A stretch of DNA of 64,000 bases from Christensenellales bacterium (lineage in GTDB: Bacteria; Bacillota; Clostridia; Christensenellales; UBA3700), in NCBI GenBank assembly GCA_051883415.1, contig JBJETR010000064.1, positions 18,573-82,572 on the forward strand. The letters run 5' to 3'. The notes beneath the pieces are model-generated. The model did not search any database. It was not told the origin of the DNA and worked only from the letters and a program-made list of their open reading frames with translations. Shown here piece by piece: positions 60,312-64,000 of the stretch. Within the stretch, counting starts at the first letter, position 1, and each line of letters begins with the position of its first letter. A program made the translations under genes and the position numbers.

Positions 60312-61136
60312 ATGGATACTATCAAAATCAAAGTTTTTGCCAAAGTAAACCTTGCCCTTGACGTCAAAGGCAGGTATCCCGACGGATATCACAGACTCGA
60401 TATGCTGATGGCTTCCGTCGATATGTATGACACCTTACGTTTGACGGTGAGTGATCAAAACTTGGTGACTATGGACGGCGTAATCGTGGGTGAAGAAAAC
60501 ACAGCCGTGCGAGCATTGGAGAGCTTGACTAAAGCATTCGGCTTGCGCATGAGGGTGGATATCCTCAAGGATATCCCTTTCAACGCAGGGTTAGGAGGTT
60601 CTTCCGCCGATGCTGCGGGCGTGTTTATCGGAGCGTCTAAGCTGTTCGGTATAGATATTGCCGCAATGTACGAACTTGCTCAAGCAATTGGCAGTGACGT
60701 GCCTTATATGATGAGAGGGGGCTTTTGTCGAGTAAGCGGCAAAGGAGAAATTATCGAGCCAATCACAATGGACGATATGAACTTGGTGATTTTGCAAGCC
60801 GAGTACGGCGCACCTACCGCTAAGGTATATCAAGAGTACGATAGGTGTCCTATACCGCCTAGCGACGTAGATGACGCCATTGCGACGATAAAGTCGACGG
60901 GAAGAGGCTTTTTTAACAAGCTACAAGATGCTGCTATTAGGCTATGCCCGACTATAGGCTATTCTCTCAGTGCACTCAGACTGTACAGCGATAGGACCTT
61001 TATGACGGGTAGCGGTAGTGCTGTAGTGGGCGTCTTCGATGACGAAATGCAGGCAAAATGGTGCGAACTCAACTTTGGCGGTTACCTTTGTGCTAAGGCA
61101 CTCAAAACCAAAAAAACCGGTTACGAAATTCTCTAA
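60312..61136 (+). CDS. ispE: 4-diphosphocytidyl-2-C-methyl-D-erythritol kinase
   Basis: KVNLALDVKGRYPDGYHRLDMLM is the N-terminal signature. The GHMP kinase motif is PFNAGLGGSSADAA. Confidence 0.9.
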   Translation: MDTIKIKVFAKVNLALDVKGRYPDGYHRLDMLMASVDMYDTLRLTVSDQNLVTMDGVIVGEENTAVRALESLTKAFGLRMRVDILKDIPFNAGLGGSSADAAGVFIGASKLFGIDIAAMYELAQAIGSDVPYMMRGGFCRVSGKGEIIEPITMDDMNLVILQAEYGAPTAKVYQEYDRCPIPPSDVDDAIATIKSTGRGFFNKLQDAAIRLCPTIGYSLSALRLYSDRTFMTGSGSAVVGVFDDEMQAKWCELNFGGYLCAKALKTKKTGYEIL

Positions 61137-61160
61137 AAATCGATACGTGTCGACAAAAAT
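61135..61160. repeat. Variant copy of the palindromic intergenic element
   Basis: aaaaatcgatacgtgtcgacaaaaat has a core one mismatch from TCGATACGTATCGA. The right flank is A-rich instead of T-rich. Confidence 0.55.
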
Positions 61161-61263
61161 CTAAAATATGTTACAAAAATAGAATACGCCTTACGTGGCG
61201 TATTTTTTTGTGTGGCGTTATAATTTATTGAGCGTTGTCAATACTTCTCATCGAGAGGTGAGT

Positions 61264-61794
61264 ATGAAGAAATTGATTACGTGTTTAGTTTTGGTTGCCG
61301 TGGTGATTACGGCGGTAGTGGCTTGTTCGGCGAATGGAGATACGCAAAACGCAGATTATCTAAGAATACATATTCGTGCCGACAGCAACGAGGAGATTGA
61401 CCAAGCAATCAAGTACGAGGTCAAAGACGATATAGTCGAATATCTTACGCCTTTATTAGCGGGAGTCAGTGACAAAAAAGAAGCGATGAGCATAGTCGCA
61501 GACAATCTTGATGGCATCAAAGAAGTCGCCGATGCGTCTTTACTCAGTCATGGTGCACCATACGTCAGTAGAGTAAAGTTGACGGAAGAAGCCTTCCCGA
61601 CACGCACCTATGGGGAGTTGACTCTAGAGAGCGGAGTGTACGACGCCTTGATAGTGGAACTCGGCTCCGGTAAGGGTGACAATTGGTGGTGCGTTGTTTT
61701 TCCACCGTTGTGTTTCGTTGCCGATAGCGGAAAGCCTCAATACAAATCGCTCGTTGTCGACGGGATAAAAAAACTGAAAGGTTGGTTAATTTAG
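61264..61794 (+). CDS. spoIIR: Stage II sporulation protein R
   Basis: Signal/lipobox-like N-terminus, then YLRIHIRADSNEEIDQAIKYEVKDDIVEYL and WWCVVFPPLCF, which are typical SpoIIR motifs. The start is at the ATG at 61264, after GAGAGGTGA. Confidence 0.85.
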   Translation: MKKLITCLVLVAVVITAVVACSANGDTQNADYLRIHIRADSNEEIDQAIKYEVKDDIVEYLTPLLAGVSDKKEAMSIVADNLDGIKEVADASLLSHGAPYVSRVKLTEEAFPTRTYGELTLESGVYDALIVELGSGKGDNWWCVVFPPLCFVADSGKPQYKSLVVDGIKKLKGWLI

Positions 61795-62493
61795 GTGAAA
61801 AATCAAGTAATGGTGATGAGGGTAGTAAGCATTGTCTTGCTGGTCGTGGTAGTAGTTGTGGCGGCGCTTCTTTGTCGCAGCTTTGAGAGCGAAGAGGTCG
61901 AAACTTTTGCACTCAAACAAGGTTCAAGCGGGCAACAAGTACGTCAGATACAATCCAAATTGTCGGCGTGGGGCTACTATAGCGGTGAAGTGGACGGAAT
62001 TTACGGTTCTAAGACCACCGAAGCCGTCAAAAATTTTCAGCGAGTCAACGGGCTAAAAGTTGACGGAATAGTGGGCGAAGCAACGGCGGCAAAGATAGGC
62101 ATTGCACTCACTCAGTCGTCGTCGACCAATAGTAGTTATAATTCACAAGACGTGTATTTGCTGGCAAAATGCGTGTATGCCGAGTCGAGAGGCGAGCCTT
62201 ATACCGGACAAGTTGCGGTAGCGGCGGTAGTGCTCAATAGAGTGCGGAGCAGTAGCTTTCCCAACACAATTGCGGGCGTAATATATCAGCCTTATGCTTT
62301 CACGGCGGTGGCTGACGGTCAAATCAATCTCGAACCCAACCAAACTGCATACAACGCCGTGAGGGACGCAATGAATGGTTGGGATCCGACCAACGGCTGT
62401 CTGTACTATTTTAATCCGGCAACGGCAACGTCGTCTTGGATATGGACAAGAGAAGTAAAATTGACGATAGGCAAACACAAGTTTGCGGTATAG
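61795..62493 (+). CDS. sleB: Spore cortex-lytic enzyme SleB (PG-binding domain plus hydrolase domain)
   Basis: The PG_binding_1-like part is GSSGQQVRQIQSKLSAWGYYSGEVDGIYGSKTTEAVKNFQ. The catalytic part is LLAKCVYAESRGEPYTGQVAVAAVVLNRV...YQPYAFTAV. The start is ambiguous: the GTG at 61795 abuts the spoIIR stop, and the alternative is the ATG at 61810. Confidence 0.85.
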   Translation: MKNQVMVMRVVSIVLLVVVVVVAALLCRSFESEEVETFALKQGSSGQQVRQIQSKLSAWGYYSGEVDGIYGSKTTEAVKNFQRVNGLKVDGIVGEATAAKIGIALTQSSSTNSSYNSQDVYLLAKCVYAESRGEPYTGQVAVAAVVLNRVRSSSFPNTIAGVIYQPYAFTAVADGQINLEPNQTAYNAVRDAMNGWDPTNGCLYYFNPATATSSWIWTREVKLTIGKHKFAV

Positions 62494-62501
62494 GTGAAAG
62501 T

Positions 62502-63866
62502 ATGGAAAGAGATGAAAAAGGTAGAATAATAATCAACAAGCCCGTAATGATAGCTATTATAACCGCAAGCGTAATTTTACTTGCGACGATAGCAACTTTG
62601 GCGATATTTTTGGGATTGTCGAGTAGCCAAAATCAAAAGTGGCTAAGGCAAGCCAACGGACAATATCAACAGGCGTACTACGACTTGGTAGACGAGTTTT
62701 TGACTATGGAAACCAACCTCTCGAAATTGAGAGTGGTAGGTTCGGAAGGTCTACAACAACAACTATTGCTCGATACGGCGTTGTCGGCGCAGTCGGCGGT
62801 ATGCGACTTGACGACGATATCTTCGTCGGAGCAAGACCTTAGCGAATTGATAAAATACTGCAATCAAGTGGGTGACTATTGTCAATATGCTTTCAAAAAG
62901 ATAAGCAACGGATCTACACTTAGCGAGCAAGAGCAGGAGACGCTCGGACAGCTGTACGAGATGACTTACAGTATATCCAAAGGACTGACGTCGGTTAGTG
63001 CTTCGCTTACCTCGAAGGGTGACTTTGTGTTGGGACTTAACAAGGTCAACGACGGCTTTTCCGATATGCTGCTGCAATTCAACAACGGCTCCTTCAAATA
63101 TCCGTCACTCATCTACGACGGAGCATTTAGCGATTCGCTGGTAGACAAGCAGCCTAAGATGATTGTCGGTGACGATATAGATCCCAACCAAGCAAGGGCG
63201 TATATAGTCAAAGCCCTCAGCGGGTATGAATTGTCCGACTATACTTTCGTCTATCAAAACGATAACAAATTTTCCACTTATTTCTACGACTTCAAGACCA
63301 AGTCGGGCGAGTCGGGTACGATAGAGATAGCCAAACAAGGCGGTATGACGATAATGTGGAATATCAATTCTGCAGTCGACAACCCCGTTATGTCCAAAGA
63401 ACAAGGCGTCCAAGTGGCGGAAAGCTATTGTCAAGATATCGGGCTTGACAATATGAAAGCGGTATGGGCGTGCGTAAGCAACAGTATGTTGTACGTTAAT
63501 ATGTGCTATGAAAAGGAGGGGGTAATATGCTATCCCGATATGGTCAAAATCAAAGTTTCGCTAGAGAGTGGTAAAGTGGTGGGCTACGAAGCGCTCAACT
63601 ATTGCTTCAATCACGATTCGTCACGCAAGATAGAAGAAGTGGGGGTATCCATGTCGACCGTACAAGGATACGACTATCGAGGCTTGCAAGTCGAGAGTAT
63701 AAGACTAGCCATTATACCTACCGACGGCGGTGGCGAAAAGTTGACCTATGAAGTATACGGGAAATTGAACGAATTAGACTTTTACGTTTATCTTGACGCT
63801 CTGGACGGCAAGCAAATCAAGATTTTACAAGTTATCGACAGCGATGAAGGAGAATTGCTGATGTGA
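62502..63866 (+). CDS. ypeB: Germination protein YpeB (SleB partner; PepSY-like C-terminal repeats)
   Basis: N-terminal TM anchor, and a conserved position directly after sleB. The C-terminal modules are PepSY-like. The start is at the ATG at 62502, after AGGTGA. Confidence 0.8.
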   Translation: MERDEKGRIIINKPVMIAIITASVILLATIATLAIFLGLSSSQNQKWLRQANGQYQQAYYDLVDEFLTMETNLSKLRVVGSEGLQQQLLLDTALSAQSAVCDLTTISSSEQDLSELIKYCNQVGDYCQYAFKKISNGSTLSEQEQETLGQLYEMTYSISKGLTSVSASLTSKGDFVLGLNKVNDGFSDMLLQFNNGSFKYPSLIYDGAFSDSLVDKQPKMIVGDDIDPNQARAYIVKALSGYELSDYTFVYQNDNKFSTYFYDFKTKSGESGTIEIAKQGGMTIMWNINSAVDNPVMSKEQGVQVAESYCQDIGLDNMKAVWACVSNSMLYVNMCYEKEGVICYPDMVKIKVSLESGKVVGYEALNYCFNHDSSRKIEEVGVSMSTVQGYDYRGLQVESIRLAIIPTDGGGEKLTYEVYGKLNELDFYVYLDALDGKQIKILQVIDSDEGELLM

Positions 63867-63870
63867 GTGT

Positions 63871-63905
63871 ATACGGCAAGCGAAAAGCTTGCCGTATATT
63901 AAAAT
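63871..63905 (+). terminator. Hairpin terminator after ypeB
   Basis: atacggcaagc-gaaaa-gcttgccgtat, but the downstream tract is A/T-rich rather than a clean U-run. Confidence 0.5.
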
Positions 63906-64000
63906 TTGTTTGTAAACGATAGCATTTTTTATACTTTGCAAAAATATATTTTTACAAGACGAAAACCCTTGATATATTTATTCAAAGATGTTACAATATA

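Overview
This 64-kb chromosomal window looks like a moderately AT-rich, spore-forming Bacillota (Clostridia-like) genome. The evidence is strong AGGAGG-type ribosome-binding sites and a veg / DUF3794-LysM / ispE / spoIIR / sleB / ypeB block at the right end. Housekeeping content: the end of metF, a split methionine synthase (activation-domain ORF plus metH), an EamA transporter, GtrA, mscL, two cupins flanking a ferredoxin, an orphan OmpR-type response regulator, two FAD flavoproteins, an SDR, a DEAD-box helicase, an HTH-cupin regulator with potABCD, ktrBA, a GDSL hydrolase and tRNA-Ser(GCU). Nearly half of the window encodes giant envelope proteins. (i) A tightly coupled 21-kb four-gene operon (8647-29736) encodes a 2,618-aa lipoprotein, two head-stalk-tail-anchor proteins of 1,855 and 2,375 aa, and a 165-aa lipoprotein. 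(ii) A 2,277-aa mosaic lipoprotein (45167-52000) carries a 10-unit B-repeat array and a BspA-type LRR array, and sits next to a divergent XRE regulator with an operator-like palindrome. Recurrent themes: a C-terminal TM helix plus poly-Lys tail with no LPXTG, on four secreted proteins; a 26-bp A5-GTCGATACGTATCGAC-T5 palindrome family in at least seven intergenic sites; and fragmentary copies of the tRNA-Ser 3' half beside the tRNA. I saw no integrase, transposase, CRISPR array, rRNA or recognisable defence genes. All family assignments come from motif recognition by eye. No database search was run.
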